Shown here piece by piece: positions 49,951 through 62,340 of a stretch of 64,000 nt of DNA. Position 1 is the first letter of the stretch; every line of letters starts with the position of its first letter. Both the position numbers and the translations under genes were made by a program. The notes under the pieces were generated by a model. It saw only the letters and a list, made by a program, of their open reading frames with translations, ran no database searches and was not told the DNA's origin. The DNA is taken from NCBI GenBank assembly GCA_051942245.1, contig JAVECL010000005.1:1-64000 (forward strand), in the 5' to 3' direction. This DNA comes from Trypethelium eluteriae (taxonomy: Eukaryota).

Positions 49951-51486
49951 TCAGTTGCTCAAGGTTTCCTTGAGAGATCGAATCTGTTCTTGAACTGCAC
50001 TTTTGCTTGTTCCTCCTCTCACTGCCCTTGTCTCCGCGCTCTTCTGGTAGTCAAAAACACTCATAACATCCTTCTCGAATCTGTGGTCAACACCCGTCAG
50101 CTGATCAAAGCTCAAACTGTCCATGGCAATGCCTTCTTTTTCAGCGAGGGCAACGACCTGGCCAGAGATGTGATGAGTCTCTCGAAAAGGAACTCCTTTC
50201 CTAACTAGGTATTCAGACAAATCTGTAGCCAACATGTCGGGCGTAAGCGATTTCATCATATTTTCGGGTTGGATAGATAGCGTTGACAAAACGCCTGTGG
50301 CGATTTGAATGCTATCGCTGACTGTCGTAATCACGTCAAGCATGGGCTCGACACTCTCCTGAAGATCTTTGTTATACTATGAACCATTAGCATTCATACG
50401 CAGATGCCAGCATGAAGTTAAGATCGCACTCACGGTTGATGGGATTCCCTTCACCGACATCATCAATCCTGCCATTGCCCCAAACAGCCGCCCACTCTTT
50501 CCCCTTACCAGTTCCAATGCGTCTGGATTCTTCTTCTGCGGCATCAAGCTGCTTCCCGTGGAGTATGCATCGCTGAGTCTCACAAATCCAAATTCTGCAC
50601 TGGAGTACACAATCAAGTCTTCTGCCCACCGACTCAAATGCAACCCCAGCATACTCGCCCACTGTAGCGTCTCAACCACGAAGTCCCTGTCCGCCACAGC
50701 CGCCAACGAGTTTGGCATCAACCCGTCAAATTCCAACTCTCTCGCAATTGCATCTCTGTCCACGCCGAATGGATTCCCCGCCAGTGCCCCACATCCCAAC
50801 GGACACCGATTCACCCTCTTCCTTACTTCCCTCAACCTCTCCAAATCACTGGCAAACGGAAACCCGTAGCTCAGCAACCAATGGCTCCACCGAATCGGCT
50901 GCGCCCGCTGCAGGTGCGTGTACCCCGGCATGACATGCTCGATCTCGAGCTCCGCACGACCCGCGACCACCTTCACCAGCTCCACAAGGTGCGCCGCGAT
51001 CTCGTCGAGCCGGTCCCGCAGCCACAGCCGCATGTCAGTCGCGACCTGGTCGTTGCGGCTCCGGCCCGTGTGCAGCTTCCCCGCGACGTCCTTGCCGATG
51101 AGCTCGCCGAGCCGACGCTCGTTCGCCGTGTGGATGTCCTCGTCGATGTCTGGCTGGATGGCGAAGGTGTTGCTTGCCCATTCTTGCGAGACTTGCGTGA
51201 GGCCCTGCTCGATCGAGGCGAACTCGGCGGCAGTGAGGATGCCGACGTGGTGGTTGGCGCGGGCCCAGGCGATGGAGCCGCGGATGTCTTGGGCGTAGAA
51301 GACGCGGTCGAAGCGGAGGGATGCATTGTACGTGATCATGAGAGGGTCGAGCCCGCCTGCAGGCATTGTCAGATTGACCTTCATCTGTTCTTGTTGAGGA
51401 GACTACAACGGACCTGTAAAACGACCGCCCCAGAGCATATTTTTGGCAGGAGCTGAGGCGGCGGCATTTTGCCGGAAAGATGCCAT
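49951..51486 (-). CDS. ARG4: Argininosuccinate lyase, 3 exons
   Basis: [45 protein letters not shown]; signature [38 protein letters not shown]. Confidence 0.97.
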
Positions 51487-52030
51487 TATGAGAAGATGCT
51501 CAAGGCGTACAGGAATTGATTGCTGACTCTAAGCGATGCACAGTTGCATGCAAATGGGGCGTGCTGCAGACGACAATTAAATTTCTGTGAGGACAGCGGA
51601 GGTGGCCGAAATTCTGGCTTGGCCTTCCCGGTTCGCATGGATACAAAATCGGACAGTTCTCCCTCATCATTAGCTATTGGTTTGATGCTTTATATATCTC
51701 CCTGCATCTATTGTCTCTTTCTATGACCTTCCACTGAAGGCTATTTTTCTCAGAATGCTTGACGTGCATGGCTTAAATGTTGGAAGTAAACATTCTCGGC
51801 TAGCTATTGAGCTGGAGGCAGGTAGGGCAATTTTGCCGAGTTTGTTGATATGGTCGGCTAAAATATTTACCTCTATGAAGTACCACTTCCCTCCTTAGCA
51901 CCGAAAGTATGTGAGCTGGATAGTTCTTGGTAGCTTCGCACACAGCCGGACTTTTTCACTTTAAATCACGGCATGCTAGAAGGGACGATGTCCTGGAGGA
52001 GACTCTGAATTTGCCACTCCGTGCAGTTGT

Positions 52031-53819
52031 CTATTTTCTGTACAGATCTACATATTTGTCGACTTCCATATTCTCTAGACCCGCCTTATCTGCCGCCAAT
52101 TCGAGCAGTTTCTGCACTCTCTCGGAGTCAAAATGCGGCTTGACATGTCTTTCGTACTTGGCCATGATCTCTGGCTTGGCCTCTTCTCGCCTAAGCTTGT
52201 GTCCCAGCGGTGCTTCCACGACTTCCTCTTCTAATGTTGTGCCGTCTTTCAATTTGACCGTCAAAGCATTTGCAATGGTCCGCTTCTCCGGATCATGGTA
52301 ATCTTTTGTGTATTGCGGGTCTTCAACACATGTTATGCGCTTTCGAAGTGATTCGAGCAATGGCGACGTTGCCGCTTCTGAGCCATCCGTGTAGTCTGTG
52401 GCTTCGAGTCGGTTGAAGACGAGCATTGTTGCGACCATATACTGGACACAGTGATCACGATCAGCGAAATTGTCCATGGGCTTCAGTTGCTTATCGATGA
52501 TGCGAATACAGGCTTCGTGTGTGCGGTTTGTCACAATGTCGATGTCTTCGGCAGTCTTGCCCATCTGCTGAAGCTTGGCATTTATCCTCTTTGCGGCTTC
52601 TATTGCCGTTTGTGAATGGAACTCGGCTAAGCAAGAAGAATGTGTCAGTCTCGTGTGCATCGTGGCGTGCGAGGACTTCGGCTATTGGATGACTTACCTG
52701 GATATGACACCTTGAACAAGACGTTCTCCATCACATAACTTCCATATGGTCTTTGGAACTTGAAGTTTCCTCCCTTAAAATTCACATCATAGAAGCCCCA
52801 GACTGGTGCACTCAATACGGTCGCCATGCCACCCTCACCTTTCAGTACCTTCAAGCAAAGGTTTACTGCCTTCTCACATGCATCACCAGCAGCCCAGCTC
52901 TTCCTACTCATTGTATTCGGACTGTGTCGGTAAGTCCGCATACTTTGACCGTCACACCATGCTTGTGAAATTGCATCCCTAGTCTGACCCTCAGACAGCC
53001 CAAGCATTCCGCTTACCACTGCTGTCGAAGCAACCTTCACTAAAACGACATGATCCAACCCGACTTTATTGAAAGAGTTTTCGAGAGCAAGACATCCCTG
53101 AATTTCATGCGCCTTTATCATTCCCTCCAGAACATCTCTTACTGTGAATATCTTGCCATTTCCTAATTTTTGAGCGCCCGCCCGGTTTGTTCTCGATACC
53201 CAATCGGCGACGGCAAGAATCGCTCCAAGATTATCTGAAGGGTGTCCCCATTCGGCAGCGAGCCAGCAGTCATTGAAGTCTAGCCATCTGATCATGGCCC
53301 CAATGTTAAAGGCTCCAAGCACAGGGTCGAGCTGGTATGGCGTTCCAGGCACGCAAGTGCCGTTGGGAACAATGGTGCCAGGAACGACAGGGCCTAACAA
53401 TTTTGTGCATTGGGGGAATTCGAGGGCTTTGAGGCCGCAGCCAAGGGTATCAAGGAAGACGTATCTAGCGGTGTCGAACTGGTGTAATTCGGCTGCTGTT
53501 AGTGATCATCAGACGCCATAGCTTGAGAAGATGATTGGATGTTGCTTACAGCTAGCTCTGAGTCGATTTTGTAGTTGTGGATGTAGCTCGCCATATCGGT
53601 GATCTCAGGATCGAATTCTCGAGGTCCCGCCGGGACTGCGGCGGCACTCTTGAGGTTCGACATGCTAGAAAATGAAGCAACAGGTCTTGATAGAAAGGAG
53701 GATTTCGGCAAAGGTGATATTCGCACGCCAATGCGAGGAATAGCTTTGATAGGACTACTGCACAGGGGAGCTCGCTGCAGCCGAGGAAGAGTTCTACCAG
53801 CAACGCGGAGGGCAGACAT
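52031..53819 (-). CDS. PDH1: Mitochondrial 2-methylcitrate dehydratase (PrpD family), 3 exons
   Basis: Arg/Ser-rich presequence; [53 protein letters not shown]. Confidence 0.95.
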
Positions 53820-54090
53820 TGCCAGGAGAATGCAGCTGCAAAGGTTCTGAAAAGCTCAAATCGAGCTGAGAATATCCAGTGAAGCTTACATGAACAATTG
53901 TACGCGTTTTGAGTGGTCTGTTGGGGGTCTACTGTACTGTAAGTACTCTAAGACTCGGGAGCTCCCCGCCTTTGCATTTTCTGGATCGACCTCCGCCGAG
54001 GAAGGAGTTTGTCGATGCCGGCGAAAGTTCGATGATTTTCCGGATTTCCTTGTAGCAAGATCTTCCACAGCACCAGCTAGGACATAGATT

Positions 54091-55060
54091 TCAAGATTTA
54101 AAGAAATGGATGGAATTTTGTCCGGTTTCACTGGTTCTTTCAGGACAACTTTGAACGTGCTCTAGAGGTAAGGTCGCGAAACTCGGTCTCGTTAGGCACC
54201 AAACCATGTCATCGAAGATATGACGCATCACGAAAGCCTCCAGATAGAAGGGTGGGATGAATCTTTCTAACTGTCGAACAAAGCCATCCCTGGGGGACAT
54301 TCCCATGGAAGATGACTCACAGTACTCGGGCCAATATCCTGTCACTCCCCAGTCGAGAACTACAACTACAACCGTGCTATCTGGTCCCATATTGATGTTC
54401 TCTGGATAAAGATCTCCATGCGCAAAGACAAATTGATGCCCTTTAAGAGTGCGCACGAGTTCTCCATATTTCCGTTCGTAGTTATAGCAGCTTGACTCTG
54501 GATCCATCGGCATCCCCTCTGGAGAAAGGCGGCGTTGAAGAGCTGTGGTAAGCCCTTCATTGAAATGGTCTTCACTCTCATAGGCCCCATATTCTCTATG
54601 CCATTCAACGACATTCCACATAAGTGAGTCGTCCAAAAGGGCGCGTGGTCAATGCGTCGGTGAAATCACCCTTAAATGAGACGCTTTGCTGTGACGTCCG
54701 CCAGTGTTTCCTCCTCATCTGATGCCCGGCGATTGCCATTCATCCTGAGAGCTCATAATTCGAAAAAAAAAAAATATCAGAGTTAATCTTCTCTGCGATG
54801 GGCTACTTTGGACTTTGGTTTGAAGAACCTTTATTGAGCCATCCCATCAGTACAAGCTGCTGGAAGTCTCCGTCAAGACCGATCATTACATGCGCAAGCC
54901 AAAGTTCCTGCTACGGGTTGAGCCTCAAGGTTCCCGTGCCTCAAGAGACATTCCTTGGGCTCTTTTCTTAGTAGGTGTTCAGGCCGCGATTTACACTTTC
55001 CTAGAGCTCCAGGTTTGATCGTACTTGGAAAATTTGACGACGATGTGAGTATGACTCTTT
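54091..55060 (-). pseudogene. Aminoglycoside phosphotransferase/kinase-like (APH) remnant
   Basis: FVFAHGDLYPENI, VVLDWG and GYWPEY motifs in ORF 54091-54636. The N-lobe is not in frame; a possible IVVKF fragment lies near 55030. Confidence 0.6.
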
Positions 55061-55628
55061 CTTCCTCACAAAAAAAGCGAGGAGTATTTAGGGATATGTG
55101 GATAGATGGCCTCTAAAAACAACTACCTCAAGCGCTATGAAAGACTTACGTGAATCGCTGTGGTCCAGCTACTGATATATCATCATGAATATTATTGACC
55201 CCAGACCAGCCATGGAGATCAAGAGACTCTTATCCCCTTACGAGACTCGTTAAGTGCGCTCCGTAGGCTGTTGCTGATCTCCTCAGTATATTGGTGTTGT
55301 AAGGCGAAAGAGAATGCTCGGCACGATGAATAGTGGTGGCAGTACTCCACCGCTCACTTAACCCGAAGGTACTGTTGCGTCATTCATGACGAGCTTACGG
55401 AGCAGACAGTCTTAGCCCCATTTTATCAGAGCAACCATCCCTATCCCACGCAATAAAATCAGCCTCACAACGCTGTTTGGAAGACTGCAGAGCATCAACC
55501 CTCTTGTTTTAGCTCATGCGATTGAAAACAACGGGTTTGCCGACTCTTTAAGCATCTGACTTCGCCTCAAAGATCTTACCGTATTGCTATCTACTTGCGG
55601 TCTCCTCCAATCTCGGTGATTTAGAAAC

Positions 55629-56378
55629 ATGCCCACAACACTCATCTTTGGCGGTTCAGGCAAAGTTGCCCGTCAGCTAACCCGTCAGCTCGTCGCCCGA
55701 TCCCACACCGTCCACAGTATCATTCGCAACCCTACCCAGGTCTCGGAGATACAATCCTTGGGTGCCAAACCCGTCGTGCAGTCCATTGAAGAATCCAACG
55801 TATCTCAGCTTGCGTCTACAATCAAGCAGTGCAACCCCGAAATCGTAGTTTGGAGCGCCGGCGCAGGTGGTGGCAACCCTGAACGGACAAAGACCGTGGA
55901 CCAGGAAGGCGCAATAAAGAGTTTCGATGCATGCACTGAGGCTGGAGTGAAACGATACATCATCGTGAGTGCGGTAGATGTGAGAGATAGAAATAAAAAC
56001 TCATACCCAGAATGGTATGACGAAGAAAGCAAGAAGAGGAGCGACAGTGTGTGGGACAGAATTGGTGTGTACATGGAGGCGAAGCTACAAGCAGATAGGA
56101 ATTTGAGGATCCAAAACGGACAAAGAGAGCTGCACTATACGATTGTGAGACCAGGAGGCTTAAGTAATGAGCCCGGGACGGGAAAGGTAGCAGCGGGTAA
56201 GGTCGGGCTGGGGACGATGGTGAGCAGAGAGGATGTGGCCACAGTGGTGATAGAATGCATGAAAAATGACGGAACGGTTGGACTGGCTTTTGACGTTGTA
56301 GGTGGAGAAACACCAATACAACAAGCTGTGAAGGAGGTCGTTGATGCACATGTGGATACGTTTGAGGGTCAGTATTAG
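55629..56378 (+). CDS. NAD(P)-binding Rossmann protein (atypical SDR, YMR090W/UPF0659-like)
   Basis: LIFGGSGKVA; VVWSAGAGGG; VDQEGAIK; YMEAK; YTIVRPGGL; VSREDVA. Single exon. Confidence 0.9.
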   Translation: MPTTLIFGGSGKVARQLTRQLVARSHTVHSIIRNPTQVSEIQSLGAKPVVQSIEESNVSQLASTIKQCNPEIVVWSAGAGGGNPERTKTVDQEGAIKSFDACTEAGVKRYIIVSAVDVRDRNKNSYPEWYDEESKKRSDSVWDRIGVYMEAKLQADRNLRIQNGQRELHYTIVRPGGLSNEPGTGKVAAGKVGLGTMVSREDVATVVIECMKNDGTVGLAFDVVGGETPIQQAVKEVVDAHVDTFEGQY

Positions 56379-58336
56379 AAGTGCTTAACATCGACGAATA
56401 GAGATTCTCCTTTGATGATTCAATTTAGAGTCCCAAGACCGTACGGGACAGGCTGAAATCCATGACACTGAGTTACTGTTGACACGAATAGCTCCCACGT
56501 GGATATCATCACCAAAGAGGATCTTTGAGGCTTGGGACTACATACACATGTCCCTCGCCATTCCAATCAACTATGCAAAATATGTCTAACGAAAGTCGAA
56601 AGCCATCGAGGCCTATCTGCGGGTTGCAGCATAGTGCCCGGATCGCCTTCCAGCGGCTGCAAGTGCTATTGCCATCTAGGAGAAAAAAAATCCTTATCTG
56701 TTGGCCGAGGATGGCATGGTATTTGGAAGATTGCAGACTGGGTCTCCAAGGCATCTCAGGCCCCTGCGCTGATCCCGAGCAGTGTACGGAGTACTGAATC
56801 ACTTGAGCAAGTGCCAGGCTTTGCCTTGTGGTCGGAACGCAGTTCCAAAGATCTGGTCTGGCTGGTAAGTTGATGCCCAGGATCTGGACCGGCACGGGAC
56901 CGAGGTAGGGGTACGAAGTGGTTTACATACAGATCAAACATCCGGCAGAGCGTCCAGCCTGGCCAAGCGCCATTCTGCATGTGAGGGAGCGGGGGGAGCC
57001 GGCACCGAGTGCGGTGGATGAAAGATCACGCATCCACGAACCCTAGCATTTCAAAGTTGGCAGCAAAAAAGAAGCCGAAGCGAATGCTAGATGGAGTCGA
57101 TCAAGGGCCAAAAATAGGTCTTGGCGTGATAAAGTCGACTAAAGTTGACGCGCTAACGACGATCGTCGTGGACGGGGCATACCTTAATGCACGCGCCATT
57201 GAAAATTATGACCGAAGCTGACAACAGCTGTCCAAAACGGATGTGGTAGCATGTTAGGGCTCTATCTTCTGCGCAAGTCTTGCAACTGCAACTGGTGCTG
57301 GTGCTGATGCGCATGCCAGAGAAACAAAGTCCTCAACAGAAACCCACGATGCAGTACGTACGCGGGTAAGGCGGGCGGCTGGGGTCGATGAGGCCATGGT
57401 TGCCAACTTGGCAGGGGGCTCATAGTGAACTCACCTAATATGGTGGGATCAGGGTTCACCGCCAGCTAAGGTACGGAGTACAGTATCTAGGTAGATTTGG
57501 AGATCTTTCCATCGCACGCCACCACGAAGATGTCCCACATTCACATCAAGACATCTAGGCATCTGGACCTCCAGACTTCGATCCCTCCAGAAAGGCCGTC
57601 ATTGCCACGTGCGCCACTGCTTCAGCGTCATTTCGTCTTCGCTGCCACCGTCTCCAGATGCGAATGCCGAGGGTTTCGTCGATGGGGAAGGGTTTCTGGT
57701 TAGCGAGAGAAATACGACAGAGTGGGTTATCGTGTGCGACCGGATCGGGTAATGAGAGCAATCGCAAAGCCGCATCTAGCCAGGCACAAGCAGCGCCTGA
57801 TGCAGCGCTAGCAAATTGTTCCGCCCATCAAACTCTCATCAAGGCATGGCGCCGAGCGGAACGGAGCCATATTGGACCAGGGTTTGTGCAGGAGTCTGCT
57901 CGCTCAGCTTTCAGGGGTACTACTTGCTTCTCGCCGATAAGACGGCGCCACGGTCCAGAAGCAGTTTGACTGCTTCCGTGCAGGCTCTGATGGGCGGCGC
58001 AAAGCATCCTTAGGTTCTTCACCAGTGACCAACTAGGCAAGTTGCAAGTCTGGCTGTCACATCAATAATTGGTCCCGACCGTCCTCAGGCCGTGCCGTGT
58101 GTGTCAAAAGGTGGACTATTTCTCATCTCCACATTAGCAACCACCTTTTAATGGTCTAATCCTCACCATCCCACCCTCTCTTTTCCTGCGTCACCGTCCC
58201 GATCTTGAATTTTTTCCCTCGTTACCCTTGCTTCTCCTACACTTTCACCTCAGGCGTGTGTTTGTCGGTGCATACCTGACGAGGAGCTCCTTCATCCATT
58301 TCCAGCCGAATTTCCATACCTTCAAAATCCACGGCA

Positions 58337-59783
58337 ATGGATCCCTACCACGCTTCTTCAACAGTCACGACGCCTGCTCGTGCAGAGTCTCCAGACGCCG
58401 AGGCCATCACACCTCTTCCTGAGCGCCAGCCCAACCCCTTTCTCAGCTATTCCAACTCGCCATATGCATCAAACCTTCAGTCTGCTCGGGGATCTTCGAC
58501 CGGAGTCAACAGCCTGCGACCCAGATATTTTCAGTCCAGGAGAATCAACAAGGCTGAAGTAGAACGACCATGGCTCGACAAGAAGAACAGGGACCCGCGA
58601 GAAAAATGGGTCTGGATTTTACCTCTGATTGGACTTGGTCTCGGGATCGCGATGGCAGGATTCCTAGTCTATGATGGCTTGAAGACTGTCACAAGCCATG
58701 TGTATTGCCCAGTTCTCGACGCTGATTTCACCGCTGGAGCAACACTTGATCCTAAGATTTGGCAACAGGAAATTGAGACTGGTGGCTTCGGGTATGGAGT
58801 AGTAATGCATTCCCTCGCGAGCTAATAGCTACTGACATCGCTTTAGTAATGGTCAATTCGAAATCACGACTGATGATGGTGAAAATGCTTTCGTTAAAGA
58901 TGGCCTACTGCAAATACACCCGACTCTTCAAGATTCTAAGCTCATCGATACCAACAATGTCATCAACCTTACGTCCAGCCATCAGTGCACGAGCCCCGTT
59001 GTGTCGAATTGTGTTGCAGCCACCAACACAACCAATGGTACCATCGTTAACCCCGTGAAATCCGCTCGCATCAATACTAGCCCAGGTGCGAAGATCAAAT
59101 ATGGCCGTGTCGAGGTCGTTGCTCAACTCCCCGCTGGTGACTGGCTTTGGCCCGCCATTTGGATGTTGCCGGTCAATGAGACCTACGGTCCATGGCCTGC
59201 CTCTGGCGAAATCGACATCATGGAATCTCGCGGTAACAATTACTCATACCCGGATGGCGGCAACAATATTGTCGGCTCTACCCTTCATTACGGTCCCGAC
59301 CCCGCAGACGATGGATGGTGGACGAACGTCGTTAAGCGTCATGCCATGCTTACCACCTACAGTGCCGGCTATCACACTTTTGGTGTGGAATGGAGTGAAA
59401 AATACATCTTCACCTACATCGATACACGCTTACTCCAGGTGATTTACACGGAGTTCAACGTTCCGTTCTGGAACCGCGGTCAATTTCCTCCCTCAAATCA
59501 GAACGGCACTAGACTGGTAAACCCGTGGACCGGTCCAGGGACGTCCGATGCTACTCCCTTTGATCAGGACTTCTACCTCATTATCAATGTAGCTGTCGGT
59601 GCCAACAATGGCTGGTTCCCCGACGGTGTTGCTAGCAAGCCTTGGGTCGACAAAAGTCTCACGGCTGCACGTGACTTCTGGAATGCCCAGGACCAATGGT
59701 ATCCTACATGGCAAGCAGGAGGTGCAACAATGAACATTAAGAGTGTAAAGATGTGGCAGCAGAAAGGATACAATGGCTGTTAA
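58337..59783 (+). CDS. Membrane-anchored GH16 beta-1,3-glucanase/glucan-binding-like protein, 2 exons
   Basis: TM segment WILPLIGLGLGIAMAGFLVY; GGFG|NGQFE; YGRVEVVAQLPAGDWLWPAIWMLP; catalytic GEIDIMESRGN; PFDQDFYLIINVAVG. Intron 58792-58846. Confidence 0.93.
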
Positions 59784-62340
59784 TGGGAAATTACTTTCTG
59801 TATACTTTTCGCTTTTGGATACCCAGACATGTGGCTCGGGTGTTTTATTTTTTTGAGTCATAGGGGCTGGCCCATGTTCGCAGGCAAGGATGCTCAAGTT
59901 TACGACTAGATTCCTAACACCGTCTCAAGAGGGCAAGGCATGGCTGGCGTTTGTCTGGATAGAGGTTATAATAATTTAATATTGTCTGTTACAGACATTT
60001 GAGAACTTTGCGTCATTACGAGCAAGGGATTCACTGTGTTGCCGTAGACCGCATGTACAGCAATTTCTGAACAGCGTTTATAATGCCTAATCAGCGCAGT
60101 ACTTGCTAACAAGGGCAAGCCATTCTGCCGTCGTTGTCACGCAACTAAGCAGTCTCCGGACATGCTCGACGATCGTATGGAGCGGGGCGGATCCAGTTTC
60201 TCGATACCCAGCGAGATCAACGTAAGGCATCACTGCTGTAAGACCCTTCCAACCCGAATGTGCATACTCGGGATAGCTTTATGCAGAGAGCTGAGGGTGG
60301 AGTCCTGGTAAAAAGTGGGGATTGGTGGATGTACCGAGTTTGCATTGACTTATGTTTAAAAAAAGAAACCCCCACTGGACGCACATCCTGTAGATGGCTG
60401 CGTATAGAGACGTTACCTTATGCATGGCTCTTATCGAATGCAGGGAACTCGAGTAAGGTGGCATCTTGCATGTCATGCCCATCTCGGTGATGAAGATTTA
60501 GTCAGGCTGAACAGTACAGAGCACGCAGTACGGAGCATGAAGAATGTGGGGCTCAGTGTGGCGCTCAATGGGGCGCTCAGTGAGGTGTTGTTTCGGCATG
60601 GCTGAGGCTGTGGCTGCGGCACAGGGACGACGACAAAACTACCAAACTTCTACTCTTTTACCCCCACGTTTCCTCCCATCTCATGCTCGGCTCATGCCCA
60701 ACTCGGGCAACAGCCATCACTGGAGCCGGGTTATACGACCTGCCGGGCAATATAGGATGGAATCGTCAAGCATGCGTCCTACGGCAGTGCTGGTCACTCT
60801 CAGATCCACCATTCAGAAATTCAACCGCTCATGCTGTGGTCGCTGCACGGAGGACGACGCCGATATCTCCACGCTCTCTACTCATGGCACCTGTTGCACC
60901 ACTCCACGCAGTCATGCAATCAATCGACGTGAACCCATGTCGGCATCACCTTCCCATCGCTCTGGTTCTGAACCAAGTGTTGCTTCCCATGTAGCCGGAG
61001 TTTCGTCACAGCTGGCTTAGAAGATCTCCAATCAAGGCCAGCCTTTTCAACTCCCCACAGACTTGCTCTTGAATGCTCTTGAGAAAAGTACGGAAAATGA
61101 ACAAATCCGAAATAGCTGCTCGTGCAACACACCTTACGAACAGTGAGTGCCTGATTTCTCTGTCGTACTTCCCCACCTGCAGACGATCTATGGGCAACCC
61201 GCACGTATGCAGATCATAGAGTGGGTCGTCTCACCTCATAGGTGTATAGATCTCAATGTGGCGCTGATCCTCTATGAGATCCTGGGTGCCTTGCATGACA
61301 TGTTGTATCAAAAGAGATCAGTACCATGGGAAGTGGTCGCTCTTCTCATTTCCCAACCTTAGCATTGGATGGCCTTGAAGATGCTCCGTCGTACCAGCGA
61401 GCTGATGGACAAGGCCCAATGTTCGAAGATGATGCTTTCTGCAGTCTTTCCTTCTGCAACATCGCTCGGTCAATTACGGGTCATCGTTCATTGATTGCCG
61501 TTGTTTCTGAACCATTCCCACGAGTTTCATTTCCATCCTATTCGTTCCCAATCATTTTGCGCCACCTTTGCCGGGATGACTGATGTCGGATGCTTACTCT
61601 TTCCCGTTTATTTGCGCGCTCTGTTCAGGTACGTACTGGGCCTCGAATATGGCTTACTCGTGGCCATTTCTCGAACTGGAGATCATCCGTGCCTGCATGA
61701 CGGCACTGCCGCTTTTCCCCAGATATTGATTCGAATGTCATATTGTTATACTCCCAAGTGAGGATCCACTACTGTCTGCAGCCTCAAAGAATCAATCAAC
61801 ACGCTGAACCGTAGAAATGCATCGGAAAGGCATGTCCCTGAACTATGGATGCGGCTCTATCTGTTGTGCGACAAATTTGTTTTTCGTCAGTAGTCTGTCG
61901 AACCTCTAGGCTTACAATACCTATCGATGCTCTTATCGCTTTGTGGCTTTGAACACACGGCAAGTTTATCATCGGCTCTTCTAGAATCTTAAAGGTCTCG
62001 TATTCTTGGCTCTACTTCAGTGGACATCTGCTGCATCTTTCTATTGATTCCAAGTTCCTATCTTGTCGAATTATGACAGGGGTATCTATTATTGCAGATC
62101 ATCCTCTCCAATTGAACAACGGAGACAGGGGTTTTTTTGTTTTGCGTTTTTGTTTTTTTACCTACTAGCCCTGGCATCTATCTATGATAGGCTTGCTTGA
62201 CTAGATTGACAGCACACGATTACCAACCCTTGTTGTTGTAAAAGGATTGGGCACAGAGATATATTTTACCCAAGTCCTACCGCGTGTCTCTTCTGTAGCC
62301 TGAGAAGCCCAGCGCCCCATTTTCGGAAGTAAAGTAGGCA

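Noticed and set aside
50369..51456. Long antisense ORFs over ARG4 (similar ones over the ALDH, REC8 and UBP6)
   Set aside because: Expected shadows of codon-biased, GC-rich coding sequence.
57424..57460. Small inverted repeat GTGAAC...GTTCAC
   Set aside because: Short imperfect stem consistent with chance.
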